Shown here in pieces: positions 40,534-49,728 of a DNA stretch of 64,000 nucleotides. The notes under the pieces were generated by a model that saw only the letters and a program-made list of their open reading frames with translations, was not told where the DNA came from and ran no database searches. The stretch spans positions 64,001 through 128,000 of the IMG/VR virus record IMGVR_UViG_3300015608_002119; one strand, given 5' to 3'. A program made the position numbers and the translations under genes. This DNA comes from a virus (taxonomy: Duplodnaviria > Caudoviricetes). The first letter of the stretch is position 1. Each line of letters opens with the position of its first letter.

Positions 40534-40956
40534 ATGCGTTGGCCAGCACCCGGTTATAGTCATACACCAGAATATCAGTCATCAGGACTTCCGTTTGCAG
40601 TAACTGCGGTTGCCACGACCGGCTCAGCAAACAGGATTGAGTTCCCGATGGTGACGAAGTTCATCACCGTACGAGCTTCTGGCAGCCACTTGGATGTGGG
40701 CTTTACAGAGAATGGACTGATGTCGAGCAGCAACTACTTTAGAGTCGCTGCCGACACCTACGAGACGTTTGAGTTGCGTGTCAAGGAGATGTTTGTCAAG
40801 GGTACTGGCACATACTACGTGCTGGCCGGTCTGACCAACATCCCGACCGCCAGCATACCGTATCTCACTGGATCATGGCCGTTTGATGCGAGCGACCCTT
40901 ACAGCACGGGATCAAACGCGTTCTCTAACAGGATTGTGTATACTGGAGTGGGCTGA
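40534..40956 (+). CDS. probable virion structural protein
   Basis: EYQ.SG.PF, I.FP.VTKFITV, VGF..NG...NYF, AGLTNI; TGS/SGS-rich. Confidence 0.55.
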   Translation: MRWPAPGYSHTPEYQSSGLPFAVTAVATTGSANRIEFPMVTKFITVRASGSHLDVGFTENGLMSSSNYFRVAADTYETFELRVKEMFVKGTGTYYVLAGLTNIPTASIPYLTGSWPFDASDPYSTGSNAFSNRIVYTGVG

Positions 40957-40983
40957 TCGATCGTTGACCAGCCCGTGTTGTTA

Positions 40984-41490
40984 TCAGGCTGAATCGAACG
41001 GCTCGTCTGACAGGTCAATCTCGTCCGCGGCGTGCATGAGCGCAATGATCGAGTTCAGAATATACATTACGTCTGCATGCAACAGGCACCTGTTGACAAC
41101 CCTTACACAGTGAGCCCTGGATGCAGGGTCGATCCGGATCGCCTCGGCGTTTCTCTCAAGAAACTCCTTGAGAGAGGTGATCATCTCAGCAGTGGCCTTC
41201 AAGTACCAGTAGACCGTGCTCTCATCGAACCATTCATCGTTGGTGATCGTGTCACCGATGCTCTTGGCGTGGCCGATGATCGTCGCGCCAAGCTCCACGA
41301 CAAGTCCTGCTGGACGTTCGTGTGGGCCGTCATCAACAACATTCAGAAGCTCCTGAAACTCGGCAACCGAGTTGCCGATATGCTGCACGAGCGGCACAAT
41401 GTCGGCTTGCACGAACTCCCGGTCTGACATGATCAGGTCGGCCAAGTCACGTACGTACGACTCTGAGTTCTTGTAGTGGTCTTCGGTCAT
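40984..41490 (-). CDS. hypothetical protein
   Basis: Acidic helical ORF with typical codon usage. Confidence 0.6.
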   Translation of the reverse strand: MTEDHYKNSESYVRDLADLIMSDREFVQADIVPLVQHIGNSVAEFQELLNVVDDGPHERPAGLVVELGATIIGHAKSIGDTITNDEWFDESTVYWYLKATAEMITSLKEFLERNAEAIRIDPASRAHCVRVVNRCLLHADVMYILNSIIALMHAADEIDLSDEPFDSA

Positions 41491-41491
41491 T

Positions 41492-41755
41492 TTAGTATAC
41501 CCTTCTCCCAGCCTGCTGAACTGCCTTGTCTTTTGCTGCCTTGATCATGGTTACGACCCAGCCTGGGAGCTCATATCGAACTTGTTGAACGATCACGGTT
41601 CCCGCGACCGCTGCCGCATGTTCACGAGCATCAGCCTTCCACTGGTAGATCCCGGCAACCTTGCCGCCATCCATGACCACGTAGAGCTCTGTGGGTGTTG
41701 ACGTGACTTGACTGCCGTTGCTGTTGGTTGCGTTGGTGTGATTTTGTTGTGTCAT
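41492..41755 (-). CDS. hypothetical protein
   Basis: LYVV....V.GIY....A motif. Confidence 0.55.
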   Translation of the reverse strand: MTQQNHTNATNSNGSQVTSTPTELYVVMDGGKVAGIYQWKADAREHAAAVAGTVIVQQVRYELPGWVVTMIKAAKDKAVQQAGRRVY

Positions 41756-41788
41756 TGTTGTCTGCTGTGTTGAGTTCTTTTCTTTTGC

Positions 41789-42025
41789 TTATGTCAGTTT
41801 ATGCACTATGGCGTTTCGCCAGATATAACCTGCAACGCCGCTTGGCAACAGGACCTTTGCAAAGATCCGGCTCCGAATTGGAACCACCGGCTCAAGTAGC
41901 ATAACTGTTCCGATTACGCAATCGCTATGCAATGCATACTCGCTATCGATGTTAGAGTAACAGCTAACGTCGTTGCCAGCGTTTAGCTCATACAGGTCCC
42001 CAATACGGCCTTCACAGATTAGCAT
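41789..42025 (-). CDS. SH3/KOW-like small beta-barrel family member
   Basis: IGDLY...GTVMLLE...KVLLPSGVAGYI. Confidence 0.6.
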   Translation of the reverse strand: MLICEGRIGDLYELNAGNDVSCYSNIDSEYALHSDCVIGTVMLLEPVVPIRSRIFAKVLLPSGVAGYIWRNAIVHKLT

Positions 42026-42291
42026 ATTCCGTTACTTGGATGTACCGCTGTACGTACCAAATAGTTCCATCCATCAGCATTACCAGTGCCAGTTCCCATG
42101 AAGTGAACGGCATGGTTTTCAGGCCAAGCAACATCATCACTTCGTCGTTGGTTATTATGTTGTGGTTCGTGATGGCGCTTACTACTGTTTACTTGGTAGA
42201 TGTGGACCAAATCGCGATCATAACCCTGCTCGCCGCATGGGCGGTACAGTTTACCAACGACTCCGTCCTTGATGCTCAGCTTTTCGCTCAT
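42012..42291 (-). pseudogene. frameshifted SH3/KOW-like family member
   Basis: MSEK..VVGKLYRP in one frame; NDEVMMLLG...LVMLMDGTIWYV in the +1 frame after about 42190. Confidence 0.6.
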
Positions 42292-42393
42292 GGCGTGATG
42301 ACTGTTTACCGTTGTTGGCGATGATACTAGCACCGGCCAATACAAGTCAAGGATTATTGTCCTAGAGTTATGAGGTGTCCCGGCAAGGCCGTA

Positions 42394-42413
42394 CTTGGTT
42401 ATGTTCCACTAGC
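42394..42413 (+). repeat. 17/20-mer CTTGGTTATGTTCCACT(AGC), copy 3
   Basis: Lies between divergent early promoters. Confidence 0.85.
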
Positions 42414-42439
42414 ATGAGGCATGCCAAGGATTAACTTCC

Positions 42440-42468
42440 TTGACTTAGTTCCCCGTTGGTGGTACTGT
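42440..42468 (+). promoter_or_regulatory. sigma70-type early promoter
   Basis: TTGACT-17-TACTGT with TG extension; ATG 6 nt after the -10; divergent TTGACT on the - strand at 42350-42345. Confidence 0.75.
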
Positions 42469-42474
42469 ACGGAC

Positions 42475-42827
42475 ATGATCGGCTACTACCTGTTCCTCGA
42501 CGACGAGCGCACCCTGGACATGGCGTACGGCCCTCAGGCCGCGGCCCTCAGGCCGAGAGCAAGTTCGCGTACCCGGTGCTTGTTGCCCGTTCGACTGAGG
42601 AGGCCAAGCGTATTGTCGAGAGCGTTGGGTGGCCAACCCATCTGCTCCTCGACCATGATCTCGGCGGAGATGACACGACGATGGTGTTTCTCCGATGGCT
42701 CGCGTACGAGAAGCACGACGGAGAGATCATTCCCGACTACACCATTCACTCGGCCAACCCGGTCGGCGCCAGCAACATCAATGGCTTTATGCGATCGTGG
42801 GCTAGGTCTTGCCATGCCGAAGGATAA
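42475..42827 (+). pseudogene. cyclic-phosphate-processing receiver-domain protein, frameshifted by a 14-nt tandem duplication
   Basis: YLFLDDER in one frame; ARS.EEA..GWP..LDHDLG..HSANPVG..NI in another; deleting one CGGCCCTCAGGCCG copy (42528-42555) fuses them. Confidence 0.85.
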
Positions 42828-43092
42828 CAGGCTGTTACCCCGGCTTGTGCCCGGACAGATGTACAGGTTTGGCGCCAAGCTCGGTTATTCCGTGCTGTAC
42901 GTGCGACTGCATTGGCCGCCCCAAGTACGCGAAGTGACACGGTGGCGAGACGTCTTAGGCGAAGAGTTTATGTACATTGGGCCAGAGCACGAGTCTTCTG
43001 GTGCCGCAATACACAGCTGTCTATTGACAGATGGCGTGCTGGTTTACGTCACAACCACGCAGTTCGAGCTTGCGGACATAACCAAGATCTAA
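42814..43092 (+). CDS. SH3/KOW-like family member
   Basis: LVPGQMYRF...GEEFMYIG...CLLTDGVLVYV. Confidence 0.6.
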   Translation: MPKDNRLLPRLVPGQMYRFGAKLGYSVLYVRLHWPPQVREVTRWRDVLGEEFMYIGPEHESSGAAIHSCLLTDGVLVYVTTTQFELADITKI

Positions 43093-43107
43093 CAAACACC
43101 AAACATC

Positions 43108-43926
43108 ATGAAGAATAGTACACCCAAGCAAACGTACCGGTTTGATGATGACGCTTCGACACCAGCCAACCTCTTCCTGTTGCGCAGAAGCTGTCGTATC
43201 GTGTTGACCGAAGACTGGCAGTTCGAGTTACCCCTGTTCAACAACCATGCAGCACTAGGCGCCATGCACCACGAGGCGCTGTCCGACAGTTTTTACAAAA
43301 TCACTGGCTACTATGACGCTGGGCGGTTCAATCAGTTTGATGCGACCGGAAAGCCACAGACGGTGCCGGTTGTAATTCCTGCTGGTACGGAGTTGCTGAT
43401 CAGTCGCGTTAGTGCTAGGTACGGGGTTCCGAACATTGTGCTCAACTATGACATTGTGAAGTATGTCGATGGGCTACGCGGTCGTACAAAGAAGCAAAGG
43501 ACGCGCGTTTCGATCGAAGTGACAGACGTTGAGTGTGTCACTATGAAGTATAGGCTGATCAGCAGTCCGGACTTTACGTCGCATATCGAACGGCGCAATG
43601 CACACGTCAACAAGTTGCCCACCATCGGCGCCTTGTATACGTTTACGGTTGGTCTAAAGTGTTATGTCTTTAAGTCGACTGGCATACACGAGCTCGCCGC
43701 CAGCGTCGATTATGAACGCGAGCCTTCAACGACTGCATGGCGCGCAGAGCTAGTTGTACCTGCTGGCAGTCGTATGACACTGTTGGCTATGTGGTCTGCG
43801 AAGTTCAATGGACTAGAACGCAGCATGTATGCCTTTCTCCTCCAGGACGGTACCACGGTTAGCATGATGCTGCTCGGCGAACCGAGCAGGTTTATGCGTC
43901 TTGTCGACAAGGAGATAACTCTGTGA
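43108..43926 (+). CDS. two-domain protein with C-terminal SH3/KOW-like family domain
   Basis: IPAGTEL.I; IGALYTF...PAGSRMTLL...FLLQDGTTV. Confidence 0.6.
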   Translation: MKNSTPKQTYRFDDDASTPANLFLLRRSCRIVLTEDWQFELPLFNNHAALGAMHHEALSDSFYKITGYYDAGRFNQFDATGKPQTVPVVIPAGTELLISRVSARYGVPNIVLNYDIVKYVDGLRGRTKKQRTRVSIEVTDVECVTMKYRLISSPDFTSHIERRNAHVNKLPTIGALYTFTVGLKCYVFKSTGIHELAASVDYEREPSTTAWRAELVVPAGSRMTLLAMWSAKFNGLERSMYAFLLQDGTTVSMMLLGEPSRFMRLVDKEITL

Positions 43927-44465
43927 AGTCCAGTGCATCGGAACGATGTCCGGAATGCTATGCCGAAGACCCGTGGAAGAACGAAACGTTTCGTGGTTTT
44001 TTGATCGTTGTCTGCGACGTGTGCGGCTATGCGATGGAAGGGCGCGTAGACGAAGAACTGGATGATGAAGTAGATACCGCAAGTCGCGCTCCTGTTACAC
44101 CGGCCTCTGTAACAGTTCCCGTGCCACCTTCACCTCTGAGTGGTGATCATGCGGACCTAGTGGCGCGCATCATCGACCATTTTCGCGGCACGAATCGTGG
44201 TGTTCGCGCGTTTGTCAACAGGGTCTTCCCTGTTCGTGTGCGCCTTGAAGACTTCATTCACGACCGGTTTGGATCGAGTATACGCATCTTTGATCATGCG
44301 CCACAAGACTACATGGTGACAAGGCTGCTTGAATCCATGGACTCCGACAGGGTGCTGGCCGAAGTTGTAAACTATAGCCCGAGTACGTCAGCTCGTGTAC
44401 TACAAGAGTCGGTTGAGTCCGGTGAGTCTTTCGTGTTGCAAGTCGTGCTACTGTCACATCGATGA
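43923..44465 (+). CDS. hypothetical protein with N-terminal Zn ribbon
   Basis: CPEC...CDVCGY. Confidence 0.55.
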   Translation: MKSSASERCPECYAEDPWKNETFRGFLIVVCDVCGYAMEGRVDEELDDEVDTASRAPVTPASVTVPVPPSPLSGDHADLVARIIDHFRGTNRGVRAFVNRVFPVRVRLEDFIHDRFGSSIRIFDHAPQDYMVTRLLESMDSDRVLAEVVNYSPSTSARVLQESVESGESFVLQVVLLSHR

Positions 44466-44786
44466 CCGCTACGTATCGGCTGGTGCGCAGATGGTCAAGT
44501 CGGCAACAAGAGGGCGATCATCGATGCAGTCGTCGCTGTCATTCCATATCCCGGCTTATGTCATTGCCAGCGCGCTAAGGCATGCACCGACTGGCAATGA
44601 CCGGCACGTTCGAGCATTGGCAACGATAACGGAATGGCTTATGTTAAAGGCGTTGGATAAGCGACAGCGCGATCTGGTTATGACATGGCAGTCTAACGTG
44701 ATGCGTGTCATCAACGAAACTGGACCAACATTTAACGACGATCGGTTTCGTGAGGCCGTGCGGCGCATGTCAACGATTATGATCCC

Positions 44787-44815
44787 TTGACTTTGGTTGC
44801 GCGTCGTGCTAGCAT
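44787..44815 (+). promoter_or_regulatory. sigma70-type early promoter
   Basis: TTGACT-17-TAGCAT with TGC; ATG 7 nt downstream. Confidence 0.75.
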
Positions 44816-44822
44816 AGCGCCT

Positions 44823-45125
44823 ATGCTTCTTTCGACTAACGGCCACATCATCGATGAAGCCGACTGCGTCCTGGTCGGAAAATTGGTCTGACCAATTATC
44901 AATCGGTCTGGACTTCTCCAGTCGCATCTGTACTTCGAGCATGCAGCATATACGACTGCCACTGTTAATCTGAACACAACTGCGCCGCTGCTGCTTTTGG
45001 CGGTTGTGCGGTCGACTACGTCGAATTCAGTATGGTATAAGTTTATGGACTGCAACGGCAACGTCGCCTGGGAATGGTACGGTGGATTAATGCCAGTAAC
45101 CGAACTGCTCCAGCCGGTGCTTTAG
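44823..45125 (+). pseudogene. SH3/KOW-like family member with in-frame TGA at 44889
   Basis: ..LVGKLV*P...APLLLLAVV...YKFMDCNGNVAW; absent from the ORF track. Confidence 0.7.
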
Positions 45126-45128
45126 CAC

Positions 45129-45419
45129 ATGTCCATGAAAGCCAAAAACTTGGTCGGCCGACTCTTCTCTGTAAAGGAAAAGAGCCGAGAGAACGGCTGG
45201 CTATTGTTTCCTGTGATGCGCGGCAATTACGACCACGGCAGCGCTTACAAACAGACAAACGTATGCCTCGCGCCCGGAATGGTCCTGCTTGTTGTCAGGG
45301 TGACCGCGGTCTATGCTGGTTTTCATATAGCGTTCATCAATCAGGAAGGCCAGTGTGGTTGGTTCTTTGTCGCCTCTTCCACGAAAGTCGGGAATTTGTT
45401 CTCGCCGCTCTCGCACTGA
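45129..45419 (+). CDS. SH3/KOW-like family member
   Basis: LVGRLF..WLLFP...PGMVLLVV...FINQEGQCGWF; related to the 54807-56093 subfamily. Confidence 0.7.
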   Translation: MSMKAKNLVGRLFSVKEKSRENGWLLFPVMRGNYDHGSAYKQTNVCLAPGMVLLVVRVTAVYAGFHIAFINQEGQCGWFFVASSTKVGNLFSPLSH

Positions 45420-45437
45420 ACTCCGTCAAGTTACTAC

Positions 45438-45466
45438 TTGACTTTCAAGTCGCGACTTGCTAATGT
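45438..45466 (+). promoter_or_regulatory. sigma70-type early promoter
   Basis: TTGACT-17-TAATGT; ATG 6 nt downstream. Confidence 0.75.
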
Positions 45467-45472
45467 GCGCAC

Positions 45473-45919
45473 ATGTACACCAACCACAGTAGGCGAATGG
45501 AGCTCAACCGGCTGGCATGGAAGCACTGCAAGGCTACCGGTATGGGCTTTTCTGAGTCCGTGGCACTTGTCGGCGAGGTCGAGTCCGGCAAGACAATCCT
45601 CGACCCGGTCGCGGTTCAGGAAGAAGTCGACCGGCTCATCTCCACGCTCCGGCTACACGAGCACTGCAAGGAATGGGTGCGTACGAACGGGTACGCACCG
45701 TATCACGGCTACGCAGACCCGAACTACTTTCCCAAGGAGAAGTGCGAATGTTGTGCCCGACCGCTCGTGTGCGGCACTTCAAGTGCAGGCGAGCACAAGT
45801 ACCGCGAGCTCACTCCTAGCGAGTGCCGAGCGCTCAACATCTACCACGGCGGCAACTGCTACCATGTCTCCAAGTGTGACGTGTGCGGTGATGTCTACGC
45901 GGTAGATTCGTCGGGCTAA
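45473..45919 (+). CDS. hypothetical Cys/His-rich Zn-binding protein
   Basis: CECC..C...H...I.H.G.CYHV..C..CG....DSS. Confidence 0.7.
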   Translation: MYTNHSRRMELNRLAWKHCKATGMGFSESVALVGEVESGKTILDPVAVQEEVDRLISTLRLHEHCKEWVRTNGYAPYHGYADPNYFPKEKCECCARPLVCGTSSAGEHKYRELTPSECRALNIYHGGNCYHVSKCDVCGDVYAVDSSG

Positions 45920-45928
45920 CGGTAAACA

Positions 45929-46207
45929 ATGAGCGCGGTAAAACCATCGTGGCTTACATCGGGCGCCATGGTCACGTTCGCATACACTTGTGACCATGGT
46001 GCGTACACGTACAAGGCCGACCGCCGCGAAGGTCCGTTGTGGAGTATGTTTCGGCCAATCGCAATTGGTGAAGTTGCCATGATTATTGAGTGCCTTGTCG
46101 GGTGGCCCGACAAGTGGACCAACTCAGTAACTCTGTTGATGCATTGCGGTACAGTGATTATTCTTCGCGATGAAGCAGAGGCAGCTTGGTTGCTAGGTCC
46201 ATTATGA
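45929..46207 (+). CDS. SH3/KOW-like family member (PGTLV.F subfamily)
   Basis: GAMVTF...GEVAMII...LLMHCGTV. Confidence 0.65.
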   Translation: MSAVKPSWLTSGAMVTFAYTCDHGAYTYKADRREGPLWSMFRPIAIGEVAMIIECLVGWPDKWTNSVTLLMHCGTVIILRDEAEAAWLLGPL

Positions 46208-46497
46208 GCACAAACTCATACACATGGGCCACCAGACCATCTCCTGGAACCCTTGTCAGGTTTACGTACTCACGAGCGCCGCATTACTTCGACAGTGCAG
46301 GTAAGCGCTGCCATGTAAACGTGAAACAGGGCGAAGTTGCCATGGTTGTTGGTGAGTTTCGCGAACACTACCCGGAAATGCACCCACCGCTTACCATAGA
46401 GGGGCTGCGGTTGATTTTAGGTTGTGGTATGGTGGTGCTGCTCAACAGCAGCGGTACCGGAGAACGGTATGATATCATTGACCTGGAACCACTATGA
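46204..46497 (+). CDS. SH3/KOW-like family member (PGTLV.F subfamily)
   Basis: YTWATRPSPGTLVRF...GEVAMVV...LILGCGMV. Confidence 0.7.
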   Translation: MSTNSYTWATRPSPGTLVRFTYSRAPHYFDSAGKRCHVNVKQGEVAMVVGEFREHYPEMHPPLTIEGLRLILGCGMVVLLNSSGTGERYDIIDLEPL

Positions 46498-46784
46498 GTA
46501 CCAGCTCAGCTCAACATGGGCAACACGACGCGTCCATACCACCCGGAACTCTGGTCCGATTTACGCGTTCTGTTGCCGTCGTAGATGCTGCTAGTGAACG
46601 TTCTGGTGTGTTCGTGTGGCATTACGTCGCGACGGGAGAGACTGCGCTTGTCATCGACTCTCCCCAATAAGTGAATGAAGATGTCCGGATCTGTCTGCTC
46701 CTTGCCAATGGTATTGTCGCGCGGTTAGCGTCCTATGACTATGACCCGAACCTTACCACGCCGCCCGCCTTGGAGCCAGTATGA
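46494..46784 (+). pseudogene. SH3/KOW-like family member with in-frame TAA at 46668
   Basis: PPGTLVRF...GETALVI..Q*...LLLANGIV..LEPV; ATGA-coupled at both ends. Confidence 0.75.
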
Positions 46785-47050
46785 GTAGTAACGACTATAC
46801 ATGGGACACGCGGCCAGCACCCGGAACACTGGTAACGTTTGCACATGATCGGAAGCCATACTACTACAACAATGAAGGGAGGCAGTTTGTAACCGTGCTT
46901 AGTGGAGATGTGGCCATGATACTCGGTTATGGCAAAGAAAGGAACTCGTGCACGTTTCTATTGCTGCGCTGTGGTACGAAAGTGGCACTTGTTACTTATG
47001 ACTATGTCCAATTGGGACTTAAGCCGTTTTCTTCGACTGGGCAGCCATGA
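46781..47050 (+). CDS. SH3/KOW-like family member (PGTLV.F subfamily)
   Basis: YTWDTRPAPGTLVTF...GDVAMIL...LLLRCGT. Confidence 0.7.
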   Translation: MSSNDYTWDTRPAPGTLVTFAHDRKPYYYNNEGRQFVTVLSGDVAMILGYGKERNSCTFLLLRCGTKVALVTYDYVQLGLKPFSSTGQP

Positions 47051-47289
47051 GCAAGGACATTGCGCAGTACACTTGGCTCAGCCCTCCGGCGCCGGGAACC
47101 ATGGTGCGGTTTGTCGACATGCGATTGGTGTATAGCCGCAGTCGGGCGCTGCATGTACAACAAGATGCGTTGGCCATGGTGATTGCGCTATTGCCGACAG
47201 CCAACATTGTTCGATTGCTGCTGGATAGTGGCGTGGTGGTTGAACTTTACTGTTTATGGCCTGAGAAGATGTACCTCAAACCGGTTTGA
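47047..47289 (+). CDS. SH3/KOW-like family member (PGTLV.F subfamily)
   Basis: YTWLSPPAPGTMVRF...LAMVI...LLLDSGVV. Confidence 0.7.
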   Translation: MSKDIAQYTWLSPPAPGTMVRFVDMRLVYSRSRALHVQQDALAMVIALLPTANIVRLLLDSGVVVELYCLWPEKMYLKPV

Positions 47290-47292
47290 GAT

Positions 47293-47460
47293 GTGCACAG
47301 TAAGCGTGTTTTGGACGTCGAGGCGGGAGAGCCGATGATGGTAACCGGTTATGGCAGTACCAACGCCGCCGCATGGATCAACCTGATTTTGAGTTGTGGA
47401 ACGCTAGCAAAGCTGTTTTGCGGCAACAGCGGGACGTTGCTGCGTATTGAGCCGGTCTGA
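47293..47460 (+). pseudogene. N-terminally truncated SH3/KOW-like family member
   Basis: LDVEAGEPMMV...LILSCGTL...IEPV. Confidence 0.55.
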
Positions 47461-47461
47461 C

Positions 47462-47848
47462 ATGCAATCACCAGCCGACATCGTGCAGGACCAGTGGCCC
47501 GATTACCAGTCATGGAAGAGGGTAGTCTACCTGTCTGACATACAGGTCGGGTCGCTGTATGTCGCGACAGTCACCAACCTAACACATGGCATCTACGCAG
47601 GCTCCAGCTTGCTCGTGCTGGTTGCTGGTGCTGATGCCGTGTACCCGTCTAGCACGGCAGACAGCTTTTATTTTCGTCTAACCGCGCTGCACACACCGCC
47701 GCGAAAGTCCTGGTTTCCGATGCGAGCATCTGATGCCAGTGTCATAAACCTTGTGACAAGATACCACGGGCACATGACACACTGGGAGTCGTGCCCGTTC
47801 ATGATCGACCATCTGGTACTGGTACCGACTGTTACAACACGGCCGTAA
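47462..47848 (+). CDS. hypothetical protein, probable divergent SH3/KOW-like member
   Basis: IQVGSLY...AGSSLLVL. Confidence 0.5.
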   Translation: MQSPADIVQDQWPDYQSWKRVVYLSDIQVGSLYVATVTNLTHGIYAGSSLLVLVAGADAVYPSSTADSFYFRLTALHTPPRKSWFPMRASDASVINLVTRYHGHMTHWESCPFMIDHLVLVPTVTTRP

Positions 47849-47943
47849 AGGCGCCTAGGCGCCCGTCTAGTGCCCGATCTTTTCCGGGACTGGTTCCTGG
47901 CCGTCCGAGACATTTACAGGCTCAAAACGGGCGCCTGTTAATT
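47846..47943. repeat. 98-bp dispersed element, copy E
   Basis: Ungapped alignment with copies at 4681 and 59309; fills the gap between convergent genes. Confidence 0.85.
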
Positions 47944-47948
47944 CTAGG

Positions 47949-49248
47949 TCATGTGCCGAGCTCAATCCACGTCAACGCAACGGTAATTTCTGATGTGCTG
48001 CTGGCAGCTTTCGCGACGATCGTCTGACTGTCGCCGGGAGAGATATAGAAGTCCTGGTAATCTCCTTCGAGCTCCTCACGCAAGTCCGCGTTTGCACCGA
48101 CGGCGGCAGACCACACCATCCTGCCACCGGAGAACGCCGTTGCTGACGTGTCAATCTGGGCCAGGGTTGTTGCGTTGTCAACATCAAACCAGTTCGCATC
48201 GTTGCTTAGCGCGCCACCCGCCATGAGCCTTATTTCAGCACCCGGCGTGCCATTCGCGATTGAGATACGCAGCAGGGTTAGCTCTGAGTTGGACTTGAGC
48301 GACTTGCTGGTGTCTGACGCTACGATCTTGGATCGTGGGTTCATGATGGACATCAGCGGCACAAACCCGCTGCTTGCGACGCCGGTCTTGGCGACGGAAT
48401 AGGCCCGTTTTGGTCCTAGGTTACGGCGCTTCCCCAGCAGCACGCCACCAATCTGAAACAGGCTGGATGTAATGTCCGTAGTGCTACCGAGTGATTGTAG
48501 CTCAGACCTAAACGGCTGCGAAAAGTTCTCGATAACGTTGTGGGTTGCGTTGCCGCCAACCTGCATGATATGTACAAGGTTATACTCCGTGGCGCTATCA
48601 ACACCGCTGCCAGAAGGCTTCTGTACCAGCAGCTTTGCGGTGCCGTTTGGACACAGATAAATCTGGTATGAGTTGAACAGTGTCGGTTGCAGCAGTAGAC
48701 CGCTTGGATTGAACAGGCTGTTGCTGCCGTCCATCGTGTCATGTGACCAGTTTGATTGTGATGTAAACGTTTCCGTTGGAGCGCCGCCGCCGTGATAGGT
48801 CGCAAAGGTGCCATCAACCGTCCCGCCAACAATTGAAAACGATCCAGGTGTTGTCGGCACCGCCTTCTCGCCAGCAAAGTACACGACACTCCCAGAAGTC
48901 CAGCTGGACCACCCAATCCCAGCGGAGCTGTACGCGCCTGCGGCTATTTCGTTTGCCGTCTTGATTGTGGATGCGTTGTTGGTTACTGGCACAGATATGG
49001 CAGTGCCATTCAGTGTTGATGATGTCAACAGATCCAGTTACATCTCTTCCGAACAGGAGCGATCCGGTCTGGAAAGGGTTGGTTGCGAACGATATCGAGC
49101 CGGAGAATGTCGTGTCGCCACGGATGTTGACATCTTTTGTGAACAGCGTCTTAAGCTCGACAGTAACAGGGAACTCTGAGTCGTTGAGGTCAAGCTGCTG
49201 AATGACCCCACGGTCTCCGACTGTCGTCTTTACTTGTTGTGTTGGCAC
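47949..49248 (-). pseudogene. virion-type structural protein split by a +1 frameshift near 49015-49030
   Basis: MPTQQVK...VTGSVDII in one frame continues as TLNGTAISVPVT...ALTWIELGT in another; Ser/Thr/Gly-rich. Confidence 0.6.
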
Positions 49249-49295
49249 GAGAGCTAAAGTCTGAGCTGGCTTCTGATTGCTGGTAACTAGACAGC

Positions 49296-49324
49296 TTGAC
49301 TACCCCGCTATGGTGTGCTAGGAA
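49296..49324 (+). promoter_or_regulatory. sigma70-type early promoter
   Basis: TTGACT-17-TAGGAA with TGC; ATG 6 nt downstream. Confidence 0.65.
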
Positions 49325-49330
49325 TGCGGC

Positions 49331-49726
49331 ATGACAACGCGCACACGCACCACCATCAGCCCGTCCGTACGATTTCAGGTGCTAGCCGAGACCGCTTTTG
49401 GCCACAATGGCATCATGCGGTCTGAATCGCGGCTGTTGGCCTTGTGTCGGCAGCTTGGTTACAGCCTGGACGTTGCGGTTAAACTGCTCAGAGCGGCTGG
49501 TTGTTGCACCGAGTACGTCGACTGTGACTACTACCGTGCAGCAAGCTACGCGGACCCTCACGACTACGCCGTGATCATGGTTCGGAAGTTGGTGGAGCTC
49601 GCAGCAACCGCCCCGGAGCCCCTTGATGTACGCGGCGTCCTCGCCACATCAGAGGTCGTTGCCGTGGCTGGTTGGAACATCGACTTTTTGGCAGGGTTCT
49701 TCAACTCGGCAGCAAAGCGACAGTAA
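49331..49726 (+). CDS. hypothetical protein
   Basis: ORF directly after the promoter. Confidence 0.6.
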   Translation: MTTRTRTTISPSVRFQVLAETAFGHNGIMRSESRLLALCRQLGYSLDVAVKLLRAAGCCTEYVDCDYYRAASYADPHDYAVIMVRKLVELAATAPEPLDVRGVLATSEVVAVAGWNIDFLAGFFNSAAKRQ

Positions 49727-49728
49727 AC

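Noticed and set aside
42421-43092. 223-aa ORF in the track
   Set aside because: A chimera created by the 14-nt duplication: receiver N-terminus, out-of-frame middle, then a separate SH3-like gene starting at 42814.
44395-44790. 131-aa ORF
   Set aside because: The start overlaps the upstream gene and the 5' part looks frame-disrupted; probably a degraded gene, but its boundaries could not be supported.
44823-46784. Stop-codon reassignment (TGA to Trp given TrpRS, or TAA read-through)
   Set aside because: Only two in-frame stops, of different types; TGA, TAA and TAG all terminate many intact genes, and long genes are uninterrupted in code 11.
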